A DNA stretch of 64,000 nucleotides from Eledone cirrhosa (GCA_964016885.1 OZ024742.1:322152001-322216000), one strand, 5' to 3'; positions 15,039 through 31,433 are shown, counted from the first letter of the stretch. Numbers and translations are program-made. The notes: a model not told the origin generated them from the sequence alone.

Positions 15039-15389
15039 TCCTTCTTCTTCTTCTTCTTCTTCTTCTTCTTCTTCTTCTTCTTCTTCTTCTTCTTCTTCTT
15101 CTTGAGAGGGTCGTGGTAGGGGCAGACTCCTCAAATTCTCCTTCCAGCGAGCCCTGTCAGAAGCAACCGTTTCCAACTGATACGGCTAGATCCTCAAATA
15201 TCACCAGCCAAGCCCATCGATGTTATCCAACCATCTTGCACGAATAAGGGTGCTTGAATAAGAACGTACATACAGGGAACGATATGTTCAACTAAATAAA
15301 GGTGGTGCTAAAATAAAGTTGGGCACCAGCACACATGGTCCTGTTCCCGTTCAAAGGGTTTATACGCCCCGTTATTATTAGAAGTGAAT

Positions 15390-15572
15390 TGGATTGGCAG
15401 TATCGGTAGAGGGTCAGACACCATGCTTTCCAGCATAGTTACGTCCCTTTACGATCTGAGTTCAAATCCCGCCGAGGTTAACTTTGCCTTTCATCCTTAT
15501 GGGATCGATAAAATAAAGTACCAGTAATACACTGGGATAATTGTTGGCCTTGTGCTAAAAGTAGATACAATT
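15390..15572 (+). mobile_element. tRNA-derived SINE, family S1
   Basis: Near-identical to the 30048-30234 copy. Confidence 0.85.
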
Positions 15573-15688
15573 ATTACACTATTTTATTTCGCCAAAATAC
15601 GATGAAATCTAATTCAATTTTCAAATTTCGCTCGCTGTTTTCTAAATATACGGTCTTAATACACACACACACATTTATATATATATAT

Positions 15689-15719
<31 letters not shown>

Positions 15720-16619
15720 AACACACACACATACATACATTCACACATACACATATATTAACTAACACTTTTCCTTCTATACAAAGCGTCCATTTCATTG
15801 TACATTTTTCTGTATTGTTTGCTTTGTTGTTTTCCGTCTAATTTTCACACACACACTCTCTCTATCTCTCTCTCTCGCTATTATATATATACATACAAAC
15901 ACATATATATACATTTATATATATATATATAAATGAAGTAATTCCGTCGGAAAGGTACAGGAAAAAAGAGTGCTCTATGTAGGCTACAGTACGTCTACGT
16001 ACTTTTTAAGTATATACGCGTGGTTGAGTGTGCGTATGTTTATGTTCTGGATATTTATTGTTTATTTATATATATATATATATATTTTTTTTAATATTAT
16101 TTTTCTTTCTCCTCTTCTTCTTCGCCCGTTTTTTCCTCAGCCTCACTTTCATAATTCTTAAATTTTGTTTTCAAATCAACATTTAATAAAAACACCATGT
16201 TTTTTTATTCAATCTGACGACTGAAAACAGATACATCTGCATTCAAGAAACCACTGGTAAATGAAATAATTATCTTATGTTGTTTATTACATAACTATAT
16301 ATATATATGTAAATAATAGAAAAAACGAGGAAGTTTCCTTCACATATGAAAAATATTTATTGCGTATCGACCCGTTGCGCGCGTTTCGCAGAAACTTGGC
16401 TCAAGGTGACCCAGGCGTAACAGGTCGATACGCAATAAATATTTTTTATATGTAAACGAAACTTCCTCGTTTTTTCTATTATATACACTCTACCTGTGCA
16501 TAGAATGGTTGATATGGTACCAACACCAGTATTTCACCGTACTACCTACACTATATATATATGTTCGGTTCTAGCTGTCGAAACGACCGGATCTCAGCCG
16601 TCGGGGTCCTGACTCTTTT

Positions 16620-16667
<48 letters not shown>

Positions 16668-16757
16668 CACACACACACGCGCGCGCGCATATATATATAC
16701 TTACGGTAAACATTAATGCAATTCAATTCATGAACTCAACGTGCTCTTTCCACATAG

Positions 16758-16822
<65 letters not shown>

Positions 16823-16903
16823 CGGGAGAAAGAGATGGTGGAAAAGTAATATTTAAAAAAATCTACGAAATCCAATGTTTAGTATATTTGTCTTTTTCAA
16901 CAA

Positions 16904-16950
<47 letters not shown>

Positions 16951-17164
16951 ATGGATCTTAAAAAATACATTGTTTTTATTTCATTTCATTTTTTTTTTTT
17001 AATGATGAAATAAAAACTATTTTCAACATATGATTAAAATAAATAATTAAAAGTGAACTGATTTAGAAATGTTTGAATAAATGAAATGGATTCGTTTACA
17101 CAAAATCTGTGAAACCTGCTGTGCTTATGTTTGTGTGTGTTTATTATTTAAAAGACAGCTCCAC

Positions 17165-18500
17165 CACATACACATTACATGCAGGCATACACATACATGC
17201 AGACATACACATACATGCAGACATACACATACATGCAGACATACACATACATGCAGACATACACATACATGCAAACATACACATACATGCAGACATACAC
17301 ATACATGCAGACATACACATACATGCAGACATACACATACATGCAGACATACACATACATGCAGACATACACATACATGCAGACATACACATACATGCAT
17401 GCATACACATACATGCAGACATACACATACATGCAGACATACACATACATGCAGACATACACATACATGCAGACATACACATACATGCAGACATACACAT
17501 ACATGCATGCATACACATACATGCAGACATACACATACATGCAGACATACACATACATGCAGACATACACATACATGCAGGCATACACATTACATGCAGG
17601 CATACACATACATGCAGACATACACATACATGCAGGCATACACATACATGCAGGCATACACATACATGCAGACATACACATTACATGCAGGCATACACAT
17701 ACATGCAGACATACACATACATGCAAACATACACATACATGCAGACATACACATACATGCAGGCATACACATACATGCAGACATACACATACATGCAGGC
17801 ATACACATACATGCAGGCATACACATACATGCAGGCATACACATACATGCAGACATACACATACATGCAGACATACACATACATGCAGACATACACATAC
17901 ATCCAGACATACACATACATGCAGGCATACACATACATGCAGACATACACATACATGCAGACATACACATACATGCAGACATACACATACATGCAGACAT
18001 ACACATACATGCAGACATACACATACATGCATGCATACACATACATGCAGACATACACATACATGCAGACATACACATACATGCAGACATACACATACAT
18101 GCAGGCATACACATACATGCAGGCATACACATACATGCAGGCATACACATACATGCAGACATACACATACATGCAGACATACACATACATGCAGACATAC
18201 ACATACATGCAGACATACACATACATGCAGACATACACATACATGCAGGCATACACATACATGCAGACATACACATACATGCAGACATACACATACATGC
18301 AGACATACACATACATGCAGGCATACACATACATGCAGGCATACACATACATGCAGACATACACATACATGCAGGCATACACATACATGCAGACATACAC
18401 ATACATGCAGACATACACATACATGCAGACATACACATACATGCAGACATACACATACATGCAGACATACACATACATGCAGACATACACATACATGCAC
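17165..18500. repeat. 18-bp minisatellite (ACATGCAGACATACACAT)n, ~70 units
   Basis: Direct reading; variants GCAGGC/GCATGC and occasional +1 T units. Confidence 0.97.
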
Positions 18501-18706
18501 ATACATAAACATTCATAAAAATACAAGCACCAGTATTCATAGAAACTCACAGACACATGTGCACACGCACATCCATACGCATACACAAGCACTCGACACA
18601 CTTAGAAACACACATACACACACGCGTATGTATATATATATATATGTGTGTATGTGCGTGTGTGTGTGTGTGTGTGCACGCAGATATATGTATATGTGTA
18701 TATGTG

Positions 18707-18776
<70 letters not shown>

Positions 18777-19059
18777 CACACATATATATATACATATATA
18801 TGTACATACACATACACATACATACACACACATACATACACACATATACATACATTCATACAAACATACATACATACATACATACATACATACATACATA
18901 CATACATACATACATACATACATACATACATACATACACACACATACCTACATACACACATATACATACACACACATACATACACACATATACATACATT
19001 CATACAAACATACATACATACATACATACATACATACATACATACATACATACATACAT

Positions 19060-19555
19060 ACACACACATACCTACATACGCACACATACCTACATACATA
19101 CATACCTACATACAAACATACATACATACATACCTACATACACACACATACCTACATACACACACATACACATACATACGTACATACATACATACCTACA
19201 TACACACACATACCTACATACACACACATACACATACATACGTACATACATACATACCTACATACACACACATACCTACATACACACACATACACATACA
19301 TACGTACGTACATACATACCTACATACACACACATACCTACATACACACACATACACATACGTACGTACATACATACATACCTACATACACACACATACC
19401 TACATACACACACATACACATACATACGTACATACATACATACCTACATACACACACATACCTACATACACACACATACACATACATACGTACATACATA
19501 CATACCTACATACACACACATACCTACATACACACACATACACATACGTACGTAA
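19060..19555. repeat. Higher-order ~58-60-bp repeat built from CA/TACA motifs
   Basis: CACACATACCTACATA..TACGTACATA recurs about every 60 nt. Confidence 0.8.
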
Positions 19556-19710
19556 TACTTTTTAAAAAATAGAAATGATAAATTTTTATTAAAAAAAAAC
19601 TTAAAATGAATGATTATTTGTTTAATTCTTTAATTATTCATTGATTGTACAACTGCTGCTCTCACTGCCGCTGCTGCTGCTGCTGTCATTGCTACTGCAA
19701 CTTCTGCTGT

Positions 19711-19780
<70 letters not shown>

Positions 19781-19885
19781 ACAACAGCACTGTACAGTGA
19801 AATACAAATGCAGATGGCAATCTAATGCATCTGACCTCAGCAAAATGTAGTAAAAATATTACTTTTGGCTTGTGTTGTATATTTA

Positions 19886-19992
<107 letters not shown>

Positions 19993-20051
19993 GCGTGTGT
20001 ATGTGTGTTTGTGAATGTGTATGAGTTTCTGGTTATGTATGTGTATGTGTA

Positions 20052-20180
20052 GGCGACGAATTGGCAGAGTGGTTAGAACGTCGGATAGAATGTTTTATGT
20101 GATGTTCAAACCCCGCCGAGGTCAACGTTGTTTTTTATCTATTCAAAGTCGATAAAAAAAGTACCAGTTAAATACTGAGA
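20052..20180 (+). mobile_element. Diverged tRNA-derived SINE (S1-related)
   Basis: TGGCAGAGTGG, GTTCAAACCCCGCCGAGGTCAAC and GTCGATAAAAAAAGTACCAGT. Confidence 0.7.
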
Positions 20181-20210
20181 TCGATTCTTCCTCTATGTTT
20201 CTTTCTCATT

Positions 20211-20290
<80 letters not shown>

Positions 20291-20909
20291 AAGAAATCTG
20301 CTGTACTCAGGCCTGGAGAGGGATGAGCTTCGCCAGGCTTAAGATGCCCCAGAAACTCCCTATGTCCCTACGACTCTGTCAGAAGTTACGGGACCATACA
20401 TACATGTGTGTGTGTGTATGTGTGCTTATTTACGTATGTATGTGTGCTTATTTACGTGTGTGCGTGCGTATGTGTTCGTGTAGGTGTAGGTGTTTGTGAG
20501 AGGTGTATCTGTATATGTTTTTCTGTGTTACTATGTGTGTACATGTGTATTTGTGCGTTCGCGTTTATATGTATTTGTGCGTGTGTGTTTATGTGTACGT
20601 TTGTATATGCGTAGTTGTTTGTGTGTTTCGGTATGTATATGCGTTTGTGTATTTGTATGTATGTCATTATGTATATGTTGGTGTGTGTGTGAATGTATGT
20701 GCATTTATGTGCATGTGTGTGTATGTGTGTAGGGGGGTGGATGTGTGGATGTGTGTGCATCTGTCTGTCTGTCTGTGTGTCTATTCATTTGGCTCCCCTT
20801 TAGCAACTTCTGTTTCTTTTAAAAAACAGAAAAAAATGGTGTTGAGCATACAATTTTATTTTTTCAATGAATTTCACACTTCTGTTAATTTTCGGTTTTT
20901 TTTCTGGTT

Positions 20910-21043
<134 letters not shown>

Positions 21044-21739
21044 GCACATATATATATATGCATATATGTATGTATGTATGTTGGTAAGGGAGTGTGCTGC
21101 AACTTTGTGCATGTGTATTAAGGTCTATGAAAACCTACATTATATATACACAATATATACCCACTCATGCATTTATACACTCATGTATTTATACATTCAT
21201 ATGTGGATATATATTGTGTATTTATCCACTCATGTATTTATACACTCATATGTGGATATTTATTGTGTATATATAATGTTGGTTTTCATAGACCTTAATA
21301 GACATGCAGAACATTGCAGCACTCTCCCTTACCAACATACATACATATTTGCGTATATATATGTATATATATTTTTGTGTGTATTTGAACACCACTGACG
21401 TGATGGCCAAGAGTTTCGTGCCTAATTGCAAGTACCAAATCAGTTTATTAATAAAAATATTTATATATCACTTTCCCATGTTTGTATAGTCATATATATA
21501 TATGTATAGGTGTATATGTGTGTGTGTAATTACACTAGACTATATTATAATATATACATATATATTCATATCAGAATGGAAGCGGTAAAAACCAGTTAGA
21601 CCGTTACTCAACAGAGTACTCGATACTTGGGCTAGTAGAGTTTGTAATATGAAACATTCGGGAGCCGTCAGCTAAGATTCTGCCGTTTCAACAGCTAGAT
21701 CAGAACGCCGTTCGGATCTAGCGATGTTTTCATATATAT

Positions 21740-21854
<115 letters not shown>

Positions 21855-22052
21855 GCTGGTTTAGTGGTAAGGATATACGGCTAACGGTAGATTCTTTAAA
21901 AAGGACATTTTATTTCACGCTGTTCCAATATAACTAACTGTAACACTCGGCACACGGAGAGTCAGAGGTAAGTGAAAGTGAAGCGCTCCCAAGATCCTTT
22001 CCAGGGTTTCCTGGACTCATGAACGGAAGAAATGAATAGACCATAGACCAAG
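21855..22052 (+). repeat. ~200-bp segment duplicated at 25414-25612
   Basis: GCTGGTTTAGTGGTAAGG...CCATAGACCAAGTT is near-identical at both sites, each preceded by (GT)n. Confidence 0.85.
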
Positions 22053-23147
22053 TTCCATATTGCTGTTAAAGGCGCCAAGTACGAGGTCTCGGGCGGATGA
22101 GGGGGGGGGGGGGGGGTTGCGTGAAGTCCACGTGCTCTGCTCCTTGCTTTCAACAAACCAATGAAGAAAAAAAGGAGCAACGGATTAACTCTACCAGGTA
22201 AGAACAATAACTGTCCCTCCGACTCCGACAGACTTCCACACAGTTTCCGTCTACTAAATTCCACTCACAAGATATTTATTAGTTAATCCGAGGCCATAGT
22301 AGAAGGAATTCGTCTAGGGGACCACGTTGGGCGATCGAACTCGAAGTGGTTGCAAAGCGGACTTGTTAAGCACATGAAACACATTAAAGATGATGTAGAT
22401 GATGATGATAATGTTGATGTTGACGATGATGATAATGTTGATGTTGACGATGATGATGATGGCGACGATGATGACGATGATGAGGACGATGACGATGATG
22501 ATGGTGGCGATGATGATGATGAGGATGTTGATGATGGCGGCGGCGCAAATAACAATGAGGATGACATCTAAACAAAGAAAATGTCGCGTGTGTGTGTCAG
22601 TATGTGTGTGTGTGTCGGTATGTGTGTGTCAGTATGTAGTGTGTCAGTATGTGTGTGTGGGTATTTGTCTATGTACGTCAGTGTACGTATGTCAATGGCT
22701 GTGTGTGTATATATGTATGTCTGTATATGTGTGCGTCTGTTTATGTATATATGTTCCTATGTAAATGTCTGCCTGTGTGTGTATGTGTTGTGTATGTATG
22801 TATGTAAGTATATCTGTGTCAATATGTATGTGTGACAGTACTACAACCTGTCGCCACCCTCTTCCATGCCATCAATTCTCTCAACAACATTTATTTCTAT
22901 ACCGAACTGAAAGAAAGACAAGCGATTCATTCACACAGCAATTAGCTTGTTTAATGTATACAGAGGGAGAGGGTAGGACGAGTGTGGCGGGTAGGTGATG
23001 GGGTGGGCCAAGCGGATGAGGAGGACCTAATTTCTCTCATCTTTGTCCTTGTCCTTTCTTATTCAACCCCACCCACTAACCTCACTCTTTCATTCTCTAT
23101 TTCCCCCTCTCTCTCTATTCTCATCTTTTTTTAGTACATCCCTTTTC

Positions 23148-23212
<65 letters not shown>

Positions 23213-23304
23213 GTATATGTGTGTGTCTGTGTGTGTATGTGCGTGCGTGTACGTATGTATATGTGCATATATATATATATATATATATTTATATACACAC
23301 ACAC

Positions 23305-23414
<110 letters not shown>

Positions 23415-24047
23415 GGGATATATACTTTTTTATATATTATATTTATGCATGTATGTTCACTTTAATGAAAATGAAAATTAAGTGACTAGAAAACAACAAC
23501 AAAAATTAAATATAGAGAAGCACACACGTTCGTAAATACACGGTCAAACATACATACACACCTATACATACATACTTATATATACATGCACATATGTATA
23601 CACTGTCACATACATACACATACACAATAGCAGTGTGAGTGATATACGTCATTAAAGAGTTGTCGTCTGCAAAAAGTGCAGCGGATATTGTGCTGCTACA
23701 TTAGACAATATGGCGAATCAAGGAATGTGTTAACTGGCGAGAAAATGAATAAAATGCAGCCGACACTTGCACAAAACTCTTGTCATTTCTGCTATTGAAT
23801 TAAAACACAACAGAAAGAAATAAGCCATATTGAACAGAAAACCTCTCCGAAACAAAATGGAAGCGGCATTTGTCTAAAAACAAAAGAAAAGAAATGAAAA
23901 CGAATGTGATTGAAGTTGAATGATTTATCTACCATAATCTTTGTGAGATAGTGAGGTATTTTAGAAACCCCATAAAAGAGTAAAACGTTTTTTTTTCTTT
24001 TTAAATACAAATACCTAAGCAAATTAGCGCGAATTTTACTTACAGAC

Positions 24048-24091
<44 letters not shown>

Positions 24092-25328
24092 ATGTATATA
24101 TTATATATTATATATATATATGTGTGTGTATGTATGTATGTATGTATGTATGTATGTATGTGTGTGTGTGAATGCGTGTTTATGATTCTGTGTGTGCGTA
24201 TTTGTGTAAACAGTTTGACTCAATTGTATTGCTTAAACTTTCACAGGAGTGAGATAATATAATACACTCCCTGTCATTCAACCGCCTGGTCCCTATATAC
24301 GTGTGCGTGTCTGTCTGTGTGTGTATATGTGTGTGTATGTATATGTGTGTGTATGTATATGTATGTGTGGGTGTGGGTGAGTGCGAACTAGTGTGTGTAT
24401 ATGTGTGCGTGTGTGCAAGCTGGTGTGTGCGTGCGAGCTGGTGTGTGTGTGTGTACGTATGTGTGTATGTATGTGTGTGCATGTCTGTGTGTGTGCGTGC
24501 GAGCTGGTGTGTGTGTGTGTGAACTAGTGTGTATATGTGTGCGTGCGAGCTGATGTGTGAGTATATGTGTGTGTGCGAGCGAGCTGGTGTGTGCATGCGA
24601 GCTGGTGTATGTGTGTGTATGTCTGTGTGTGTGTGTGTGTATGTATGTGTCTGTGTGTGTACGTGCGAGCTAGTGTGTGTGTGTATGTATGTATATGTGT
24701 GTGTGTATATATATGTGTGTGTGTGTGAACTAGTGTGTGTATATGTGTGCGTGCGAGCTGGTGTGTGAGTATATGTGTGTGTGCGTGCGAGCTGGTGTAT
24801 GTGTGTGTATGTCTGTGTGAGTGTGTATCTGTATGTGCGTGTGTACGAGCTGGTGTGTGTGTGAAGATTTAGATAAACGTAAGGTACTACGTTTTTTTAA
24901 TTAGAAGCCTTAGCCTTGAAAAGAACAAGCTGCGAAATGTAAACACTTTCACATTTGCCTACATTTCAGAATAACTACCCATACGAGGCCGTGTAAAGAG
25001 GAATATTATTACAACATCGCTATATATGTCTGTTTAATTGGGATGATGTGCATACGTTTAGCAACGTAATTAAATAAACAATAATCTGATATGGGAGACG
25101 ACAGCGTATATTTCTAGGTTTAGGATAAACTTGAAGTAGATATAACGACCGTTCTTTTAATTAGAAAGAAGCCGTTACGGTGAAAATAGCGTGTAAACAT
25201 TTTCAATTATTCGTTTGTATATAAAAATATAAAAGATTGTTGCGATGCATTTCAGACATTGTTGTATCCTCGTCGGAGAAAAACTGTCTCTGAGATTCCA
25301 TGCGCGAAATTATGTTATATAAAATTGC

Positions 25329-25413
<85 letters not shown>

Positions 25414-25656
25414 GCTGGTTTAGTGGTAAGGATATACGGCTAACGGTGGATTCTTTAAAAAGGACATTTTATTTCACGCTGTTCCAATATAACTAACTGT
25501 AACACTCGGCACACGGAGAGTCAGAGGTAAGTGAAAGTGAAGCGCTCCCAAGATCCTTTCCAGGGTTTCCTGGACTCATGAACGGAAGAAATGAATAGAC
25601 CATAGACCAAGTTGTGTGTGTGTGCATACTTTACTTTATATATATATATATGTATT

Positions 25657-25744
<88 letters not shown>

Positions 25745-26402
25745 TATGAACTTTCCCGATATAAGGTATGACTCTCTTTGTTTATTTTTTATATGAATAT
25801 TGATTGTTTGTTCTTGTATCTCATTCTGTTATTTTGCCCGAGAAAATATATATGTGTGTCATTAAACGATGCGCACATATGGTTATTTTTTCATATCCAA
25901 TTGAGTTCTAGCACGTGGCTTGAATTCTTTTCAGAATTCATTGACCTGCGCATGTATTGTTTTTTGGCGGTAATCTCCTTCCTCCTATTTTCGAGACAGT
26001 GTGAGATTTTAGAACTGTTGAACTAACAACCTAGCAGCTCCCTCAGGCACTGATGGCGATTATTGCTAAATATTGATGTTGATTTAGTTATCAATATTAA
26101 TATTATTGGGCACCCACTGAAGAATTATAAGAGCCCACTTGTATAAGTATCTGTTGATCTTATACAAGCTTCTACATAAATTGGTATAATTTCACCTAAC
26201 TTGTAGAAATCTTATAGTGAAACGAGTCGTTTGGGAAGTGATATATTTGATATATCTCATATGAAATGATAGTCAATTTTCCACACAATACAATTAGTTA
26301 GCACTCCGAACGTTTAATTAGGAATATACTAGGTATTTCCTAATGTTTGTTGAGTGAGTTGGAATTTTGGCGGAGTATCGCTATTAGCTTTCTCCGATTA
26401 TG

Positions 26403-26436
<34 letters not shown>

Positions 26437-26439
<3 letters not shown>

Positions 26440-26610
26440 AATTCGGGACCCCGACGGCTGAGCTCCTGTCATTTCAACAACTATATCCGAACACCGTTCG
26501 GATCTAGCTGTTGAAACGGTAGACGCTCAGCTGATGAGGTCCCGAATATTTCATGTTACCCACTCTACTACTCCAAGTATCGAGTACTCTGTTGAGTAAT
26601 GGTCTAACTG
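26437..26610 (+). mobile_element. Fold-back copy of HHR family B
   Basis: Imperfect hairpin centred ~26492 plus tail TACCCACTCTACTACTCCAAGTATCGAGTAC; related to 21580-21730, 16565-16622, 27994, 33494, 36584 and 39675. Confidence 0.65.
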
Positions 26611-26833
26611 GTTTTTACCGCTTTCATTTTTATATAAATATATATGTATATATGTATATATAGTCTAGTGTAATTTGGTAAAGAGTTTTCCAATTTGGAA
26701 GGGTTGACAAAGCTTTCAGTAAAAGCTGATTTGAGGCGTGATTCAGAAATATCTGAAAGACGCAGCCAAAGAAGCATATGTACATAACATGACACAATAG
26801 TTATATCAAATGATTCTATGGACATAATTTATA

Positions 26834-26897
<64 letters not shown>

Positions 26898-26898
26898 G

Positions 26899-26929
<31 letters not shown>

Positions 26930-27266
26930 GTATATATATAAGATGGCCGATTGAATACGCACGTGTGTATGTTTTTTTCTCCCAAATTTTATTCTCATTT
27001 TCCCCATTCCTTCCTACATCGCTCTTTACTTTCTATTTATCTTCTATTTCTAACTATTTTCTGATGAAGGGTTAGTGTCTGAAACGTTAATACTCTTTTC
27101 CTGCTATTTCAAGCGTTAAACTAATATATTTCTTCCATGTAATGTGTCGTTTTGTTATATTTATTCTTACTTTTACATATATGTACGGATACAAACATAC
27201 ATACATGCATACGTATATATATATTATGTAAAAATAACAGAAGAGACGATGCTTAACATATATATA

Positions 27267-27314
<48 letters not shown>

Positions 27315-27483
27315 CCTTGATACACACGAACTGATGCATAAACCTGTACACGTGTGTTGTGTATGTGTGGGCGCGTATGTTTCTGTATATATATATATAT
27401 ATATATAGGTATATATATATATATATATATATCTCTATAAATATATATTTATTTATTTATTTATTTATAGTAGTAGTAGTAGC

Positions 27484-27561
<78 letters not shown>

Positions 27562-27786
27562 GGTGGTGGTGGTGGTGGTGGTGGTGGTGATAACCTGACA
27601 TGCATACCACGAAGTAACAAGTGACAGGCACGCACCCTTAACTAGACGACCGCCACCGAGACCACCACCATTAATCTGGGTGTGTAGTACAATAAACCTA
27701 AAATATTAATGCAGTGTCACAATTATTGGTCTGGAATTTAACTAACTGTTAACATCTGCTTAAATTTGTCGGTGAATACACCTCCC

Positions 27787-27826
<40 letters not shown>

Positions 27827-27910
27827 TCTCTCTCTCTCTCTCTCTCCGTATATATGCATATGTATATGTATATATATTCATTAGTGAGCGAAGAGGGGTC
27901 GTTACTCTTA

Positions 27911-27993
<83 letters not shown>

Positions 27994-27997
<4 letters not shown>

Positions 27998-28129
27998 AAC
28001 AAGTAAGACCCTGACGGCTTGAGCTCAGCCGTCGGGGTCTTACTTGTTCCTATTACCCACTCTACTACCCTAAGTATTGAGTACTTTGGTGCGTTATGGT
28101 CCACCTGGTTCCTTACCACATTTCCTTCG

Positions 28130-28131
<2 letters not shown>
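27994..28131 (+). mobile_element. Fold-back copy of HHR family B (short hairpin + ~80-bp tail) in (TA)n
   Basis: ATAGGAACAAGTAAGACCCTGACGGCT-TGAGCTC-AGCCGTCGGGGTCTTACTTGTTCCTAT, then the conserved tail. Confidence 0.75.
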
Positions 28132-28179
<48 letters not shown>

Positions 28180-28192
28180 GTGTGTGTGTATG

Positions 28193-28232
<40 letters not shown>

Positions 28233-28264
28233 TACATATATATATATACATATATATATATATG

Positions 28265-28376
<112 letters not shown>

Positions 28377-28421
28377 CATATATATATACATATATACATA
28401 TATATATACATATATATATAT

Positions 28422-28536
<115 letters not shown>

Positions 28537-28644
28537 GTATTTATATAAGTTTTATCTCATTTATTGTATTTAATAGCTTACTCTTCTTACCTTGCTCTGA
28601 ACCGCACAAACTACAAAATCCGGTGTGTACACACACACACATTT

Positions 28645-28785
<141 letters not shown>

Positions 28786-28892
28786 AATATATATATATAT
28801 ACACACACACAAATATTTATGAAATGAAAATATACAAAGGTATATAGATACATACATACATACATACATACATACATACATACATACATACA

Positions 28893-28924
<32 letters not shown>

Positions 28925-29717
28925 CATACATACATACACGATGATGATGGCTGCCCCCTCGTTATTGAGTATGGCCATTGCACGAGGAGAAAAATATATA
29001 TATATATATATATTAATAAATAAATAAAAAAGAAAAGAAAATTTAAAAAAAGAAATATATATATATATATATATACACACATACATATACATATATACAC
29101 ACATTTATACATACACACATATACATTAATAACAATAATAATAATAATAATAACAACAATAATAATAACGACAACAACAATAATAATATACATATACATA
29201 TATATATTCACACACACGCACACACATAAACATATCTATATACACACACACACACATGATAGCAACGATCGAATGTGGATTTTTAGCCCAGCTAATGATC
29301 TAAAATGGCATACATACTTACACACATACATACATACATACATACATACATACATACATACATACATACATACATACATACATACATACATAATAAATAC
29401 ATGCCAACAGTTTTCAAATCATAAAAATTGTTTTGGCGGGAAGATTTTACATCCTTTTTGCTTGTATCGTTTTTCCTTTTTGTTTTAGTAAAATATCTTG
29501 TTACATTCTTATCTTTGATAACGAAAAGTACGATTTCAAAGAAATCTGAAGGAAAATCGGTCAAACATTCTGCATGGTGGTGGTGGTGGGTGTGGGAATG
29601 ACGATATACTCGGGTGGAATTTGTTCTGGGTGTGTAGGAGTGAGAAATAGACATATATATGTATGTGTGTATATATATAGAGAGAGTTTATATATAAGGG
29701 AACAAAGAATATATATA

Positions 29718-29762
<45 letters not shown>

Positions 29763-29869
29763 ATAATAATAAATGTGAAGACTAAAATCCACAGAAGGCT
29801 CGATAAGGATAAATATATATCAAATATATAAGAACTCTAGAGCAAATATTTATTAAAATAACAGATTAA

Positions 29870-29920
29870 AGTTTAAACAAAGAATCGCTGCTTTCACCCT
29901 TAACGGGATCTTCTGGAACT
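29870..29920 (-). ncRNA. Hammerhead-like motif with CAGAAGA core (degenerate copy)
   Basis: Homolog of 37181-37231 inside inverted repeat 29757-30035. Confidence 0.45.
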
Positions 29921-30047
29921 AGTTTCTGTTATTTTAATAAATATTTATTCTAGGGTTCTTATATATTTGATATATATTTATCCTTATCGAGCCCTCTTTC
30001 GATTTTAGTCTTCACGTTTATTATTATTACTATATATATTCTCTGGT

Positions 30048-30234
30048 GGCGGTGGATTGGCAGTATCGGTAGAGGGTCGGACGCCATGCTTTCCAGCATA
30101 GTTACGTCCCTTTACGATCTGAGTTCAAATCCCGCCGAGGTTGACTTTGCCTTTCATCCTTGCGGGGTCGATAAAATAAAGTACCAGTAATGAACTGGAT
30201 ATTTGCTGGCCTTGTGCCTAAAGTAGAAACAATT
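30048..30234 (+). mobile_element. tRNA-derived SINE, family S1 (full length)
   Basis: A box, B box (GAGTTCAAATCC), central domain and tail all present. Confidence 0.88.
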
Positions 30235-30496
30235 ATTATTACTATATATATATATTCTTTGTTCCCTTATATATAAACTCTCTCTCTCTCGCTATATATA
30301 TATATATATATTATATATATATATATATATTATATATATATATATATATTATATATATATATATATATATATGTCTATTTCTCACTCCTGCACACCCAGA
30401 ACAAATTCCACCCGAGTATGTCGTCATTCCCACACCCAACACCACCACCATGCAGAATGTCTGACCGATTTTTCTTCAGATATCTTTGAAATCGTA

Positions 30497-30527
<31 letters not shown>

Positions 30528-31173
30528 CTTTCACCGTATTTTTGACTAAAGGAATTTTAGCCTGATAATGGGGTTTAGAACCCTCAGAGGGTTCTAAACC
30601 CCATTATCAGGCTAAAGTTCCTTTAGTCAAAAATACCGTGAAAGCTATTCTATTTTCTAATTTCAAACCTGCTCACTGTTTCAAAATATACTTACTTGAT
30701 ATATATATATACTGCCAATCCATATAATATAATGTAATATAATATGATATATATATATATATATATATCATATTATATATATCATATTATATTATATATA
30801 TATATATATCATATTATATTACATTATATTATATTATATTATATATATTCATATTATATTATATATATAAATCGAAATTACAGAGTAACAAGAGACACTA
30901 TTACAAGACACACTATTCAGCCTTAATAAAATAAGTATTCGATATTGAGTACTCCTCTCTTTCAGCCGTCAACCACATACGAATTTGTTGGTTCACCACT
31001 GGATAGAACTGGTCATTCCGTATGGTCAATCCTGGTGTAATATTCTGAAGAGTACTCAACGCAGTGCAGTTCACCCATCTTCGTTTGTGTAGTTGGTGGT
31101 GCGAATACGGAGTTAATTATTATAAATGAAATAACAGGAGGCTGGACTGGTGTAAATCCTTGAAAGGTTTATT

Positions 31174-31231
31174 ATACTATGATCATTTCAATGACCGGGT
31201 TCCATATGAATCCGGTGATATCATCAGGTAT
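31174..31231 (-). ncRNA. Type I hammerhead ribozyme
   Basis: Inverted copy of 31376-31433. Confidence 0.7.
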
Positions 31232-31375
31232 TGGAATGTAACAAAGGAATATGTAAAAAGCCATGGGTCCGAAAAACCATGGGTCCGAGAAACCAGAGAC
31301 AGAGAGGGCGGCTGACCAACTAGCTTCACAGCCAGCCACCCTTTGGCTTTTTAAATATTCCTTTATTATATTCCA

Positions 31376-31433
31376 ATACCTGATGATATCACCGGATTCA
31401 TATGGAACCCGGTCATTGAAATGATCATAGTAT
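31376..31433 (+). ncRNA. Type I hammerhead ribozyme
   Basis: AUAC-CUGAUGA-uauc-ACCGG...CCGGU-cauu-GAA-AUGAUCAU-A-GUAU; palindromic stem III, AUA site. Confidence 0.7.

Noticed and set aside
17081-19572. Long ORFs of 300-800 aa (CRHTHT/HADIHI/MQTYTY repeats)
   Set aside because: Translations of an 18-bp minisatellite and TACA repeats, open in most frames on both strands; no coding signal.
26531-26550. CTGATGAGGTCCCGAA as a separate hammerhead core
   Set aside because: It is a mutated version of the family B arm (GCCGTCGGGGTCC); no valid helices.
30048-30135. tRNA gene
   Set aside because: A/B boxes are present but there is no proper cloverleaf, and it is always fused to a SINE body and tail.
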